Of a stretch of 64,000 nucleotides of DNA, positions 28,338 to 38,000 are shown in pieces (position 1 is the first letter of the stretch; every line of letters begins with the position of its first letter). Source of the DNA: an uncultured Methylomirabilota bacterium (GTDB lineage Bacteria > Methylomirabilota > Methylomirabilia > Methylomirabilales > 2-02-FULL-66-22). The notes beneath the pieces are model-generated. The model saw only the letters and a list, made by a program, of their open reading frames with translations, ran no database searches and had not been told where the DNA came from. The position numbers were made by a program, and so were the translations under genes. The stretch is taken from NCBI GenBank assembly GCA_963705305.1, contig OY970067.1, forward strand, positions 2,496,001 to 2,560,000, given 5' to 3'.

Positions 28338-28370
28338 GCGACTGGGTCGTCGGCCGCCCGAGGAAAGGGC

Positions 28371-28399
28371 TTGCCTTGCCAGGCCGAGTTGATTACACT
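28371..28399 (+). promoter_or_regulatory. tRNA promoter
   Basis: TTGCCT-N17-TACACT, 10 bp upstream of tRNA. Confidence 0.6.
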
Positions 28400-28409
28400 T
28401 CGACCCTAC

Positions 28410-28485
28410 GCCGGCGTAGCTCAGTTGGCAGAGCAGCGGTTTCGTAAACCGCAGGTCCTCGGTTCAAGTCCGAGCGCCGGCTCCA
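28410..28485 (+). tRNA. tRNA-Thr(CGT)
   Basis: GCCGGCG acceptor stem, anticodon arm GCGGT-TTCGTAA-ACCGC, GTTCAAG T-loop, encoded CCA; 76 nt. Confidence 0.96.
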
Positions 28486-28588
28486 GGACTGCCGCCCCCC
28501 AACTTCCCTGAGCGCCTTCCTCGCAGGGGAGTCCGTTTGAACTCCCTCTACGCGCGCCATCCTATCGGGTCCCTCGCTTGGCAATCGG

Positions 28589-29329
28589 TCAGCGTCTTCC
28601 CAGGTTGAGAACAAGCGAGAGACCCAAGAGGAGGATCATCATCAGGACAAGGAGGCGAAATCGTTCTTTGTCCACGTACCGATCCAACCAGACACCCGTC
28701 AGGATCCCCAGAAGGAGGGCGGGCGGGGTCCAGACATACAGCCAGAGAACGGGCGGCGTCAAATGATGCGCGACGGCATGCGATAAGACCGTCAACACGC
28801 CGCTCACGAGAAACAGCGACTGCAACCCCGCGCGGTATTCATTCTTGGGCCACTGTCGCAGGGCGCCATACACTATCAAGGGCGGGCCGGAGGTGTTATA
28901 CGCGCCCCCCAAGCTTCCGGACAGAAAGCCGGCAAGGTAGGCCCAGCGGGGTGAGCACCGCGACAGTGGGTGCGGACGCTTGAGACCGTAGAGGCCGTAC
29001 CCAATCAGGATCAACCCCAGCAGCAGCTTGACAGCGGATTCGCGGACGTTCGCGACCACCCAGATGCCCATCGGGACCCCGGCCACGGCGGTTGCCCCCA
29101 GCCGCCAGATCTCCCCCAGATTCAGCGATGCGCGATACCGGATACTGTTCACAGCATACAGGGTCAGGGCCGTCAGCGCGACCAAGGGGGCGGCCGTGCG
29201 CACGCCCAGGATCATGGTGACGATGGGCATCATGATCAGGGCGAAGGCAAAACCCGCCAGCGTCTGGAGCGTTGTGGCGAAGAAGGTGGCAACAACCAAG
29301 AGGTCCAGGGCCAAGGGATGGTCGGTCAT
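28589..29329 (-). CDS. Sulfite exporter TauE/SafE family protein
   Basis: QTLAGFAFAL, GGAYNTSGPP motifs, about 8 TM segments. Confidence 0.85.
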   Translation of the reverse strand: MTDHPLALDLLVVATFFATTLQTLAGFAFALIMMPIVTMILGVRTAAPLVALTALTLYAVNSIRYRASLNLGEIWRLGATAVAGVPMGIWVVANVRESAVKLLLGLILIGYGLYGLKRPHPLSRCSPRWAYLAGFLSGSLGGAYNTSGPPLIVYGALRQWPKNEYRAGLQSLFLVSGVLTVLSHAVAHHLTPPVLWLYVWTPPALLLGILTGVWLDRYVDKERFRLLVLMMILLLGLSLVLNLGRR

Positions 29330-29658
29330 GGTCAGCCTGTGGTGTGCCCCAAGTCTGGGCGGTCCGACCTAGCGGTGAGAAGACGGCGAGACAAGACGCG
29401 GACGGCACGTTTGGAGGCTCCGGGAACGGGGCGGGTGGACTGGGCGGCCACCGTCACCGCGCTCTCTCTCCTGAAGGCCTCAGATCCCGCGTCAAATGCT
29501 GCAACGCTCTCACGGCCAAGGGAGCGCTGTCAAGCCAAAAGCGGTGCGGCCTGGATGCCTGCGATCTGGCGGGCTACGGCGTCTCGGTGTCGGTGATGGT
29601 TTACCAGGAGAAGATGCAACGACACGACCAGAAAGCAATAGGGGACGGAATAGCAATA

Positions 29659-30725
29659 GGGGACGTTGCATCCGAACACTCCTGGTGCTATCCTCAGCCT
29701 GCCATGCCTCGCCAACCGCGTCTCGATGCCCCGGGAATCTTGCATCATGTGATGGTGCGCGGCCTCGAACGCCGCCCGATCTTCCGGGATGATCTGGACC
29801 GGGCGGACTTCGTTGGCCGCCTGGCCGCGCTGGTACCGGCGACCAGCCTCACGGTGTACGCGTGGGCCATCCTCCCGAACCACGCCCACCTCCTGGTTCG
29901 GACGGGAAGCCGCCCCCTGAGCCGCGTAATGCGGGCGCTCCTCACGGGCTACGCAGGGGCGTTCAACCGCCGGCACCGGCGGGCCGGCCACCTCTTTCAG
30001 AATCGGTACAAGTCTATTGTGGTGGAGGAGGAGCCCTACCTCCTGGAGCTCGTTCGCTATCTCCACCTGAATCCCCTCCGCGCCGGCATCCTCCCGGAGC
30101 GCCGGACCCTCGACCGGTACCCTTGGACTGGCCATAGCGCCCTCCTGGGGACCGTCCCGCGCCCCTGGCAGGACACGGCCACCGTCCTGGCCCAATTCGG
30201 GTCCACGCCCGCCCGCGCAAGGAAGGGTTACCGTGCCTTCGTGGGTGCGGGCATCCCGCTGGGTCGGCGACCGGAGCTCCAGGGCGGCGGCTTGCGCCGC
30301 AGCCTCGGCGGCTGGACTGCAGTCGCATCCCTCCGCCACGGCCGGGAGGCCTTCACGGGGGACGAGCGGATCCTGGGCGGCAGCGCGTTCGTCGAGCGGT
30401 GCCGGCAGATGGCGGAGGAGGACACAGGGGCCTGGCCGCCTAGCGTGGCGCTCCACGCCTTGGTGACCGCCGTGTGCCGGGCCGTCGGTCTGACGCCCGA
30501 ATCCCTCCGGGGCGGCGGCCGGCGGACGGCGGTGCAGCGGGCGCGGGCGGGGATTGCGTATCTTTGGGTGGAGGTCTGCGCCCGCCCCGCCCGGCCACTG
30601 GCGGCCCCCATAGGAGTGCAGCCCGCCGCTGTCCTCAAGGCAGCCCAGCGTGGCGCCCGGGAAGCCGCGCGCTGGCGTGCTCTCCTGCCTCAAGATCGCT
30701 AGGAATGTCCGGATGCAACGTCCCC
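29659..30725 (+). mobile_element. TIR-flanked RAYT/TnpA(Y1) element
   Basis: 25-bp inverted repeats GGGGACGTTGCATCCG(A/G)ACA(C/T)TCCT at 29659-29683 and 30701-30725 (23/25 match). Confidence 0.75.
29704..30702 (+). CDS. REP-associated tyrosine transposase (HUH Y1) with C-terminal HTH extension
   Basis: MPRQPRLD, HHVMVRG, NHAHLL (HUH), HLFQNRYKS, YLHLNP (catalytic Tyr). Confidence 0.9.
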   Translation: MPRQPRLDAPGILHHVMVRGLERRPIFRDDLDRADFVGRLAALVPATSLTVYAWAILPNHAHLLVRTGSRPLSRVMRALLTGYAGAFNRRHRRAGHLFQNRYKSIVVEEEPYLLELVRYLHLNPLRAGILPERRTLDRYPWTGHSALLGTVPRPWQDTATVLAQFGSTPARARKGYRAFVGAGIPLGRRPELQGGGLRRSLGGWTAVASLRHGREAFTGDERILGGSAFVERCRQMAEEDTGAWPPSVALHALVTAVCRAVGLTPESLRGGGRRTAVQRARAGIAYLWVEVCARPARPLAAPIGVQPAAVLKAAQRGAREAARWRALLPQDR

Positions 30726-30737
30726 AAGCTGTCACGG

Positions 30738-30829
30738 AAGCAAACCCGATGCCACCCCTGCGGGCCGTGTGGCCTGCGGGCCGCCGCGTGATTGCCGATG
30801 CACCCCAACTCCTTAGCCGGAGAAAAGGG
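30738..30829 (-). mobile_element. Orphan diverged left end of an IS1380 relative
   Basis: Reverse complement aligns over about 90 bp with 18453-18544 (TIR, AATCACGC.GCGGCCCGCAG, TGGCATCGG..TTGCTT). Confidence 0.75.
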
Positions 30830-31184
30830 CTCCGCCTTCTCCGGTTGACCGCAGCGGGGGCGTTCGCTAGGGTTTCCTGCATGGTGCTGGTTCCGGGCAT
30901 GCCTCCGCGTGGGTGCCGGAGGGGCCGAGCGACGAGACCGGAGGCGCCGCCGGGATCCCGCCGGATGAACGCCCCTGCCTCAGAGGCCTGCGGGGCTGGT
31001 CCGCCGGCGCCCGGATTCTTGTGTGCCTATTCTCTGTATGTTATGCTTTTCCTGTGTCGGAATGGGGAGCGCTGTCTGCGGGAAGAGCGCATGACTCCTC
31101 GACCGGCCGCATGAAAGGCCGGCGTCCTTGGGTGGGGCCACGGACGGCTCGAGGGCTGGCCAACATCCAGAAGTGGAGCGGGGA

Positions 31185-31607
31185 ATGAGCGTGATGGGCG
31201 GATCCAAGTGCTGGCTGTCGTGGGGCTGTGCGGTCGTCCTTCTGGCGGGAATCGCCGGCACGGCCTTCGCCGCAAGCCAGGACGGCGTCAAGCCGCCGTC
31301 GCCGCAGATGCAGGCCGAGGCGCACTACGAGCTCGGCGTGATGTACCATGAAAAGGTTTTCGAGTCCCTGGACCAGGCGATCGCCGAATACGAGAAGGCC
31401 GTCAAGCTCCGGCCGGACTACGCCGACGCCCATTTCCACCTGGCGCTAGCCCTCCACACCAAGGCTAAGCTGGGCACCGACGATCAGGCGCTCTACAAGA
31501 AGGCGGTGGCCGAGTACAAGCTGTATCTGAAATACAGCCCGCAGGGGGAGTTGGCCGCCAAGGCCAAGCTGAACATCCGCGCAGCGGAGGCGAGGCTGCG
31601 CCGCTAA
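31185..31607 (+). CDS. Exported TPR-repeat protein
   Basis: Signal peptide; AEAHYELG...AIAEYEKAVKLRPDYADAHFHLA. Confidence 0.82.
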   Translation: MSVMGGSKCWLSWGCAVVLLAGIAGTAFAASQDGVKPPSPQMQAEAHYELGVMYHEKVFESLDQAIAEYEKAVKLRPDYADAHFHLALALHTKAKLGTDDQALYKKAVAEYKLYLKYSPQGELAAKAKLNIRAAEARLRR

Positions 31608-31638
31608 TCCGGCGCAGGGGAGAGCGGGGGTGAGGTCC

Positions 31639-32718
31639 ATGCAGTGGTGTGCAGCCTGTGCAGCGCGCTCGCAGGGCTGGGGACGCCGCCGATTCCTGGC
31701 GCTGCTCGGGCAGTCGCTTTTGGCGGTCGGTCTCTGGCCGCGGGCCAGCGCCGCCTACACTATCTTCGACGAGTCCGAGGACGTGAAGATCGGCCGGGAG
31801 ACCGACCCCGAGATCCTCAAGCAGCTCGGCTATTACGACGGTCCGGCCATCCAGAACTATGTGGCGGGGGTCGGCCAGCGCGTCGTGGCCACATCCGACA
31901 GCCGCTTCAGCTTCCAGTTCAAGGTCGTAGACCACCCCAGCGTCAACGCCATGGCGCTGCCGGGCGGCTTCGTGTACGTGACCCGCGGGATCCTCGCGAT
32001 GCTGAACGACGAGGCCGGGCTCGCCGGGATTCTGGGACACGAGATGACCCACGTGAACTCCCGCCACGGGGCCAAGCTGCTGACCCAGGCTCTAGGGGCC
32101 CAGCTCGCCACGCTCATCGGGGTGGGGGCCGCCGCTGCCGCGGGCTCCGGCTCTGCCGCGAGCGGCATCGCCTTGATCTCCAACCACCTCACCAACTACA
32201 TGCTCCTGGGATACGGTCGGGAGTTCGAGCAGGAGGCGGATGAGGGCGGCCTGCACTACTCCTACCAGGCTGGCTACGATCCACGCCGGATGGCGGTATT
32301 CCTGCGAGATATGCGACGCATGGAGATCCTCACCGGCCAGACCCTGTATCACGGTTTCGAGGGGACCCACCCCGACACCAATATCCGGGTCGCCAAGGCG
32401 GACACCATGGCGCGGCTCCTGGCGTCGCGGGGCGGGTCTATGGAGATCAAGGCCGACATGTACAAAGCCCACATGGAGGGGCTGAAATACGGTGACCCGG
32501 AGGATGGCAAGCGCCTGAGGATCTACACAGTTCGGGCCGGGGATACCCTGGAGAGCATCGCGCGGGACCAGCTCCAGGATGCGGGGAGGCGGTTCGATCT
32601 GGCCAGCCTCAACGGCCTCAGGGACGGCGCCGCTCTGCAGCCCGGTTCTCGCCTGAAACTGGTCGTGTCCAAGCGCGAGTATGATCAGGGGCTGAATCTC
32701 CGCCTGAAGAAGGATTAG
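31639..32718 (+). CDS. M48 family metalloprotease with C-terminal LysM domain (Tat signal)
   Basis: RRRFL, NAMALPGG, HEMTH, EQEAD, THP; YTVRAGDTLESIA. Confidence 0.88.
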   Translation: MQWCAACAARSQGWGRRRFLALLGQSLLAVGLWPRASAAYTIFDESEDVKIGRETDPEILKQLGYYDGPAIQNYVAGVGQRVVATSDSRFSFQFKVVDHPSVNAMALPGGFVYVTRGILAMLNDEAGLAGILGHEMTHVNSRHGAKLLTQALGAQLATLIGVGAAAAAGSGSAASGIALISNHLTNYMLLGYGREFEQEADEGGLHYSYQAGYDPRRMAVFLRDMRRMEILTGQTLYHGFEGTHPDTNIRVAKADTMARLLASRGGSMEIKADMYKAHMEGLKYGDPEDGKRLRIYTVRAGDTLESIARDQLQDAGRRFDLASLNGLRDGAALQPGSRLKLVVSKREYDQGLNLRLKKD

Positions 32719-32857
32719 TCCTCTCGGCCCGGCTCGGTTCCCCGCGTCGCCCGCGGGGGCCGGGACCAAGAGTGGCACCGCCGGGTGGCGCCCTCATCCT
32801 CGCTGTCCACCCAGAGATGGCTGCCGTCCTGCCCTTTCATGGAGGCCTCCGGCGATC

Positions 32858-33568
32858 GTGAGAAGCGTGACCGATGAGCCGGGGGCGGCGATCGAGCGGA
32901 TGTTCTCGGCCATCGCCCCCCGCTACGACCTCCTGAACCGCTTACTGAGCGCAGGACGGGATCGTGTGTGGCGGCGTAGGGCGATCCGGGCCACCGATCT
33001 TCCCGCGCAGGGCCGGCTGCTGGATGTGTGCGCCGGGACGGCCGATATGGTGCTGGAGGCGGGCCGGCAGTTTCCCAAGGCGCGAATCCACGGGGTGGAC
33101 TTCAGCCGTCCCATGCTGGCGCGGGGGCTGGCCAAGGTCCAGGCCGCGGGGCTGGGGGGACGGGCGGCCCTGGAGGAGGCCCGGGCCGAGGCCCTGCCAT
33201 TTCCGGACGAGGCCTTTGACGCGGCGACGGTGGCCTTCGGCCTGCGGAACGTGCCGGATCGCCGGCGGGCGCTGACCGAGATGCAACGGGTGCTGCGTCC
33301 CGGCGGGCGGGCCGTCGTCCTGGATTTTGTCACGCCGCCGGGTCGGATCTTTCGCGGGGCGTATCTCTGGTACTTCCAGCGCGTCCTGCCGCGGATTGGC
33401 CGGTGGGTCTCGGGGCATCCCTCCGCCTACGCCTACCTCCCGGCTTCGGTGGCCGACTTTCCCGCTCCGGTAAAGCTGGCCGCCTTGATGCGGGAGGTCG
33501 GCTTCGTCGAGGTGACCCACACGCTCTATACCGGAGGGATCGTCGCCGTGCATGTCGGCGTGAAATGA
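32858..33568 (+). CDS. menG: UbiE/MenG demethylmenaquinone methyltransferase
   Basis: MFSAIAPRYDLLN, LDVCAGTAD, AFGLRNV, AYAYLPAS motifs. Confidence 0.88.
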   Translation: MRSVTDEPGAAIERMFSAIAPRYDLLNRLLSAGRDRVWRRRAIRATDLPAQGRLLDVCAGTADMVLEAGRQFPKARIHGVDFSRPMLARGLAKVQAAGLGGRAALEEARAEALPFPDEAFDAATVAFGLRNVPDRRRALTEMQRVLRPGGRAVVLDFVTPPGRIFRGAYLWYFQRVLPRIGRWVSGHPSAYAYLPASVADFPAPVKLAALMREVGFVEVTHTLYTGGIVAVHVGVK

Positions 33569-33663
33569 ACAGCCTGGGGGAAAGCGGGTTCTTCGGCACC
33601 CTTTAGCTCTCAGCGGGCAGCCTGCGCCGAGTGCATCGGGCTGACCGCTGACTGCTGACTGCC
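33566..33663. repeat. Partial MITE end plus inverted heptamer repeats
   Basis: TGAACAGCCTG...AAAGCGGGTTCTTCGGCACCCTTTAG resembles end of copy A; followed by CTCAGC / GCTGACCGCTGACTGCTGAC. Confidence 0.55.
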
Positions 33664-33677
33664 GTGAGCGGTGAGGA

Positions 33678-34535
33678 ATGCTCCAGAAGCTGCGAACGTA
33701 CCTCGAGATGATCCGCTTCTCGCACACGGTCTTCGCCCTGCCGTTCGCCCTCATGGGGGCGGTGCTGGCGGCGGGGGGGATCCCCGCGGGGCGGGCGCTC
33801 TCCTGGATCCTGGTGGCCATGGTGGGGGCCAGGAGCGGCGCCATGGGGATGAACCGGATCGCCGACCGCCATCTGGACGCCATGAATCCCCGCACGCGGA
33901 GGCGGGCCATCCCGCAGGGACGCATTGCGGCCGGCGAGGCGCTCGCGTTCGTGCTGGTCTCGTTCGGGATCTTCCTGCTGGCGGCGTGGATGCTCAACCC
34001 GCTCTGCTTCACCCTGGCCCCTGGGGCCATCGTGGTCCTCGCCGGGTACTCCTACACGAAGCGCTTCACCGTCCTGTCCCACGTCATCCTAGGGCTGTCC
34101 CTGGGGCTGGCGCCCCTGGGCGCGTGGATCGCCGTCACCGGCGCCATTGCCCTGGCTCCGCTGGTTCTCGGCGCGGCGGTCCTGTTCTGGGTGGCGGGCT
34201 TCGATGTCGTCTATGCGCTGCTGGATGTTGAATTCGACCGGCAGACCGGCCTGTTTTCCCTGCCTGCGCGCTTCGGCGAGCAGCGCGGCCTGGCCGTGGC
34301 GCGGCTCTTCCACGGTCTCACCGTCCTCTGCCTGGGCCTGCTGATCCCGCTGCTGGATCTGGGGAGGGTGTATGCGGCGGGCCTGGTGCTGGCGGCAGGC
34401 CTCCTGGTCTACCAGCACATCCTGCTGCGCCGGCATGGATTGACCAAGGTCGAGGTCGCCTGCTTCAACGTCAACGCCATCCTGAGCCTGGGGATGCTGG
34501 CCTGCACCCTGGGCGATCTCCTGCTGTCAAAATAG
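33678..34535 (+). CDS. UbiA-family prenyltransferase (MqnP-like)
   Basis: IRFSHTVFALPF, NRIADRHLDAMNPRT, YSYTKRF, GFDVVYAL motifs. Confidence 0.88.
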   Translation: MLQKLRTYLEMIRFSHTVFALPFALMGAVLAAGGIPAGRALSWILVAMVGARSGAMGMNRIADRHLDAMNPRTRRRAIPQGRIAAGEALAFVLVSFGIFLLAAWMLNPLCFTLAPGAIVVLAGYSYTKRFTVLSHVILGLSLGLAPLGAWIAVTGAIALAPLVLGAAVLFWVAGFDVVYALLDVEFDRQTGLFSLPARFGEQRGLAVARLFHGLTVLCLGLLIPLLDLGRVYAAGLVLAAGLLVYQHILLRRHGLTKVEVACFNVNAILSLGMLACTLGDLLLSK

Positions 34536-34600
34536 AGGACCGGCCTAGCTGACAGCCAGGCCGGTCTCCCCGCAGGGCTTTCGCGATCCGGAGACGCCGC

Positions 34601-35665
34601 CTACTTGGCTCCCAGCTTCTGGATGATGCGGCGGTAGTTCAGGCGGTCGTGCAGCAGCTCCCGAGCGCGGGCAACCTTCTTGGTCTCGCGGATTCGGATG
34701 CGGCCGAGCACGGCCTCCAGCCTCTCCACCGTGGTGAGGGTGTCGTAGCGGGCGATGATCATCGGGACCCCCAGCTCTTGGGCACGCCCGATGATGACGG
34801 CGTTGGGCATCTGATCGCCGGTCAGGACCAGGCACTTGGTGGAGGTCTCCAGGGCGGCCAGCTGGATGTCCGCATGGCTTCCCCCGGTGATGACGGCCTT
34901 GTTGGGCAGCTTCTGGAAGTACCCCAGGGCGTGCTCCACATCCATGGCGCCGACGCTGAACCGCTCCACGAACTCGTCCAGCTTGTCCTCGCAACAGATC
35001 ACCTTGCCGTCCAGGGTGTCCACGATCTGGCGAACGGTGATGGCGTCCAGCAGCCGGTCCAGGGGCAGGACCCCCAGGACCTCGATCCCCTTGGTCCCGA
35101 GGAAGGGAACGATCATCTGCTCGACCTCGGGCAGCCCCTGCGGCGGGACGCGGTTCAGGATGACCCCGACAAGCTGGTCCCCCAGAAGCTCCTTGGCCAT
35201 GAGGATGCAATCCGCACACACCTCGTTGACGTAGGGATCGACCAGCAGCACGGGGGCCTTGAACTGTCTGGCCAGCCAGGGTCCCGAGATCCCCAGGAAA
35301 GCTCCATCCCACAAGGTGCCTGCGCCGCCGATGAGGACGACGTCTTTCCCCTGGGAGACGGCCTCAAATGCCCGCTGGATCCTCGGCCAGATGTCCTCCA
35401 CCTCGCCGCGCAGCCCCCGGGCCACCAGATCCTGCGTCAGGACCACCGGACAGATCTGCTCCAGGGGCTCGGACAGGCCGAGGGCCTCGCGGAGGAACTG
35501 GGCGTCGGCGTCCACGACCTTGCCCTTGACGGTCGTCGGCTGCTTGCCCAGCGGCTTCAGGTAGCCCACCGAGTAGCCGTTCTCCTGGAGGGCCGGCGCC
35601 AGGCCGATGCTGATCATCGTCTTCCCGGAATTCTCGTGGGTCGACCCTATGAATAAGGTCCGCAT
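34601..35665 (-). CDS. Phosphotransacetylase-N-like / DRTGG domain protein
   Basis: SGKT, GYLKP, AVITGG..ADIQLAAL, LVLTG; no Pta catalytic domain. Confidence 0.85.
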   Translation of the reverse strand: MRTLFIGSTHENSGKTMISIGLAPALQENGYSVGYLKPLGKQPTTVKGKVVDADAQFLREALGLSEPLEQICPVVLTQDLVARGLRGEVEDIWPRIQRAFEAVSQGKDVVLIGGAGTLWDGAFLGISGPWLARQFKAPVLLVDPYVNEVCADCILMAKELLGDQLVGVILNRVPPQGLPEVEQMIVPFLGTKGIEVLGVLPLDRLLDAITVRQIVDTLDGKVICCEDKLDEFVERFSVGAMDVEHALGYFQKLPNKAVITGGSHADIQLAALETSTKCLVLTGDQMPNAVIIGRAQELGVPMIIARYDTLTTVERLEAVLGRIRIRETKKVARARELLHDRLNYRRIIQKLGAK

Positions 35666-35787
35666 CGCATGTCTCCCTTCTTGCGGAAGGGACGCCCGAC
35701 CCCGGAGGGCCGGCGTTGCCCTCGATGTCGAAGTCCGCTTTACCGCGTGCGGCGGGCCGGGGGCCCGTCCCGGCCGCCGGGCGCCGC

Positions 35788-37881
35788 TCAGCCGGCCAAG
35801 GCCAGGCGGGCGTCGATGGCCACGCCGCCGCCGCCTTCGGGCTTGACCAGCAGGGGGTTGATATCCAGCTCCAGGATCTCGGGGAAATCCAGACAAAGCT
35901 GCGAGAGTCTCCCCAGGGCGTCCACGATCGCGGCCAGGTCCGAGGGCTTCTCCCCGCGGACCCCGCCCAGCAAGGGGAAGGAGCGGATCTCGCGGATCAT
36001 GGCGTTGGCCTCGTCGGGCCCGATGGGGGCCACACGGAACGCCACGTCCTTGAGCACCTCGACGTAGATCCCCCCCAGCCCGAACATCAGCAGCGGTCCG
36101 AACTGGGGATCCCGGGTCATGCCCAGGATGACTTCCTTGCCTCCCACCACCATCTCCTGGATGGCGATCCCATGAATGGCCGCATTGGGGAAGAGACGCC
36201 GGACGTTGGCGTCGATGGCGGCAAAGCCCTCGGCGACGGACGCCGCGTCCGCCAGTCCCAGGCGGACGCCGCCCACGTCGGTCTTGTGCAGAATGTCGGG
36301 GGACACGATCTTGAGGGCCACCGGGAAGCCAATCCGTTCTGCCGCGGCCGCGGCCTCGTCCACGGTGCGGGTCACCACGTTCTGCGGCAGGCGGAAGCCG
36401 TAGGCGGCGATGACCTCGCGGGCCTCCCGCTCGCCGAGCTGCGTCCGGCCCTGCCGGCGGGACTCCCGGAACACCGCCGCCACCCGCTCCCGGTCCACGG
36501 GATACTCGCGCGGCGGCGCGAGCTTGGTGTCCAGCCACTGGCGGTACTTGACCATGGCTTCGAAGGTCCGGACCGCGGGCTCCGGGTACGGGTACTGCGG
36601 CACGCCGTAGTTCCGGAGGATCACCCGGGCCTTGGGCAGGCTGGCCTCGCCCATGAAGGCGGTGAAGAACGGCTTGCCGACCTGCTTGGACGTCAGGCCG
36701 ACCACCTCGGCGAACTTCTCGTTGTCCGTCATGGCCTGGGGGGTAGACAGGGCCAGGACGCCGTCCACGTTGGGATCGGCGGCGACGATCTCCAGGGCCG
36801 CCTTGTAGCGATCCTCCCTGGCGTCCCCGATGACGTCCACCGGGTTGTAGAACGCCGCGGTGGGCGGCAGGACGGCCCGCAGTCGCTCGACGGTCGCGGG
36901 AGTCAGGCTGGCCATATTGGCCACGGAGCGCTCCACCGCGTCGGCGGCGATGATCCCGGGACCGCCGGCGTTGGTCACGATGCAGAGGTGCGGCCCTTTG
37001 GGCAGCGGCTGGTAGGCGAAGGCCCGGGCGAAGTTGAACAGCTCCTCGATGCTCTCGGCCCGGAGGACGCCGGATTGATGGAAGGCGGCAGTGAAGGCCT
37101 TCTCGGAGCCGGCGAGGGTGCCGGTGTGCGAGGAGGCGGCGCGGGCACCCGCGGCCGTGCCGCCCGACTTCACGATGATGAGCGGCTTGTTCCGGCTGGC
37201 GACCTTGGCGGCCTCCATGAAGCGGCGGCCGTCCTCGACCCCCTCGATGTAGCCGATCACCACGCGGGTCTCCGGATCCGCACCCAGGGCTTCGATGAAG
37301 TCCACCTCGGAGGTGTCGGCCTTGTTTCCCAGGCTGATGAACTTGGAGAATCCCACGTCGTTGCCGATGGCCCAGTCCAGGATGGCCGTGCAGAGGGCGC
37401 CCGACTGGGAAAGGAAGGCGATCTCGCCCACCGGGGGCATGCCGGCGGCGAAGGTGGCGTTGAGCCGGCTCTTGGTGTCGATGATCCCGAGACAGTTCGG
37501 GCCCACCACCCGCACCCCCAGTTCTCGCACCCGCGTCCGCAGGGCCCGCTCGAGCTCGGCCCCCTCGCCGCCGACCTCCTTGAAACCGGCCGAGATCACC
37601 ACGGCATGGCGGATGCCGCGGGCCGCGCAGGCCTCCAGCGCCGGCAGGCAGGCTTTGGGAGGAATGACCAGGACAGCCAGGTCGGCGTCGGGCGGCACGT
37701 CGCCGAGGTCCGGGACGCACTTCAGACCGAGAATCTCGCTGGCCTTAGGATTGACGGGGTAGATGGGGCCCGGAAAGCCGCCCCGGACGAGGTTGAGGAC
37801 GATGCTGAAGCCGACCTTCCCCTCCTCCCGAGAGGCTCCAATGACCGTCACGGCCTTGGGTTTGAAAAATCCATCGAGCAT
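35788..37881 (-). CDS. ADP-forming acyl-CoA synthetase (Acd), alpha-beta fusion
   Basis: VIGAS, GPNCLG, SQSGAL, SSHTGTLAG (phospho-His), LHKTD, LDINP motifs. Confidence 0.92.
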   Translation of the reverse strand: MLDGFFKPKAVTVIGASREEGKVGFSIVLNLVRGGFPGPIYPVNPKASEILGLKCVPDLGDVPPDADLAVLVIPPKACLPALEACAARGIRHAVVISAGFKEVGGEGAELERALRTRVRELGVRVVGPNCLGIIDTKSRLNATFAAGMPPVGEIAFLSQSGALCTAILDWAIGNDVGFSKFISLGNKADTSEVDFIEALGADPETRVVIGYIEGVEDGRRFMEAAKVASRNKPLIIVKSGGTAAGARAASSHTGTLAGSEKAFTAAFHQSGVLRAESIEELFNFARAFAYQPLPKGPHLCIVTNAGGPGIIAADAVERSVANMASLTPATVERLRAVLPPTAAFYNPVDVIGDAREDRYKAALEIVAADPNVDGVLALSTPQAMTDNEKFAEVVGLTSKQVGKPFFTAFMGEASLPKARVILRNYGVPQYPYPEPAVRTFEAMVKYRQWLDTKLAPPREYPVDRERVAAVFRESRRQGRTQLGEREAREVIAAYGFRLPQNVVTRTVDEAAAAAERIGFPVALKIVSPDILHKTDVGGVRLGLADAASVAEGFAAIDANVRRLFPNAAIHGIAIQEMVVGGKEVILGMTRDPQFGPLLMFGLGGIYVEVLKDVAFRVAPIGPDEANAMIREIRSFPLLGGVRGEKPSDLAAIVDALGRLSQLCLDFPEILELDINPLLVKPEGGGGVAIDARLALAG

Positions 37882-38000
37882 CACGGTATCCTCTCTGACC
37901 TTCACCGGTGGAGACAATGGGATTGGACAGGGAGGCGCCCGGAAGAGATCCGGTTCACACCCCGACAGTGGGCGAGAACGGCAGGCGGCAGCGTGCGGCC

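Noticed and set aside
29044..29051. Another GGACGTTC site, inside tauE
   Set aside because: The reading frame is intact here (VANVRE), so the motif also occurs naturally and is not always a frameshift.
28410..30830. tRNA-anchored genomic island or prophage
   Set aside because: No integrase and no duplicate of the tRNA 3' end found in the window.
34601..37720. 1039-aa ORF suggesting a giant fusion
   Set aside because: The N-terminal ~680 aa is an alternative frame over the Acd gene (R/G/P-rich, not protein-like); the real gene starts at 35665.
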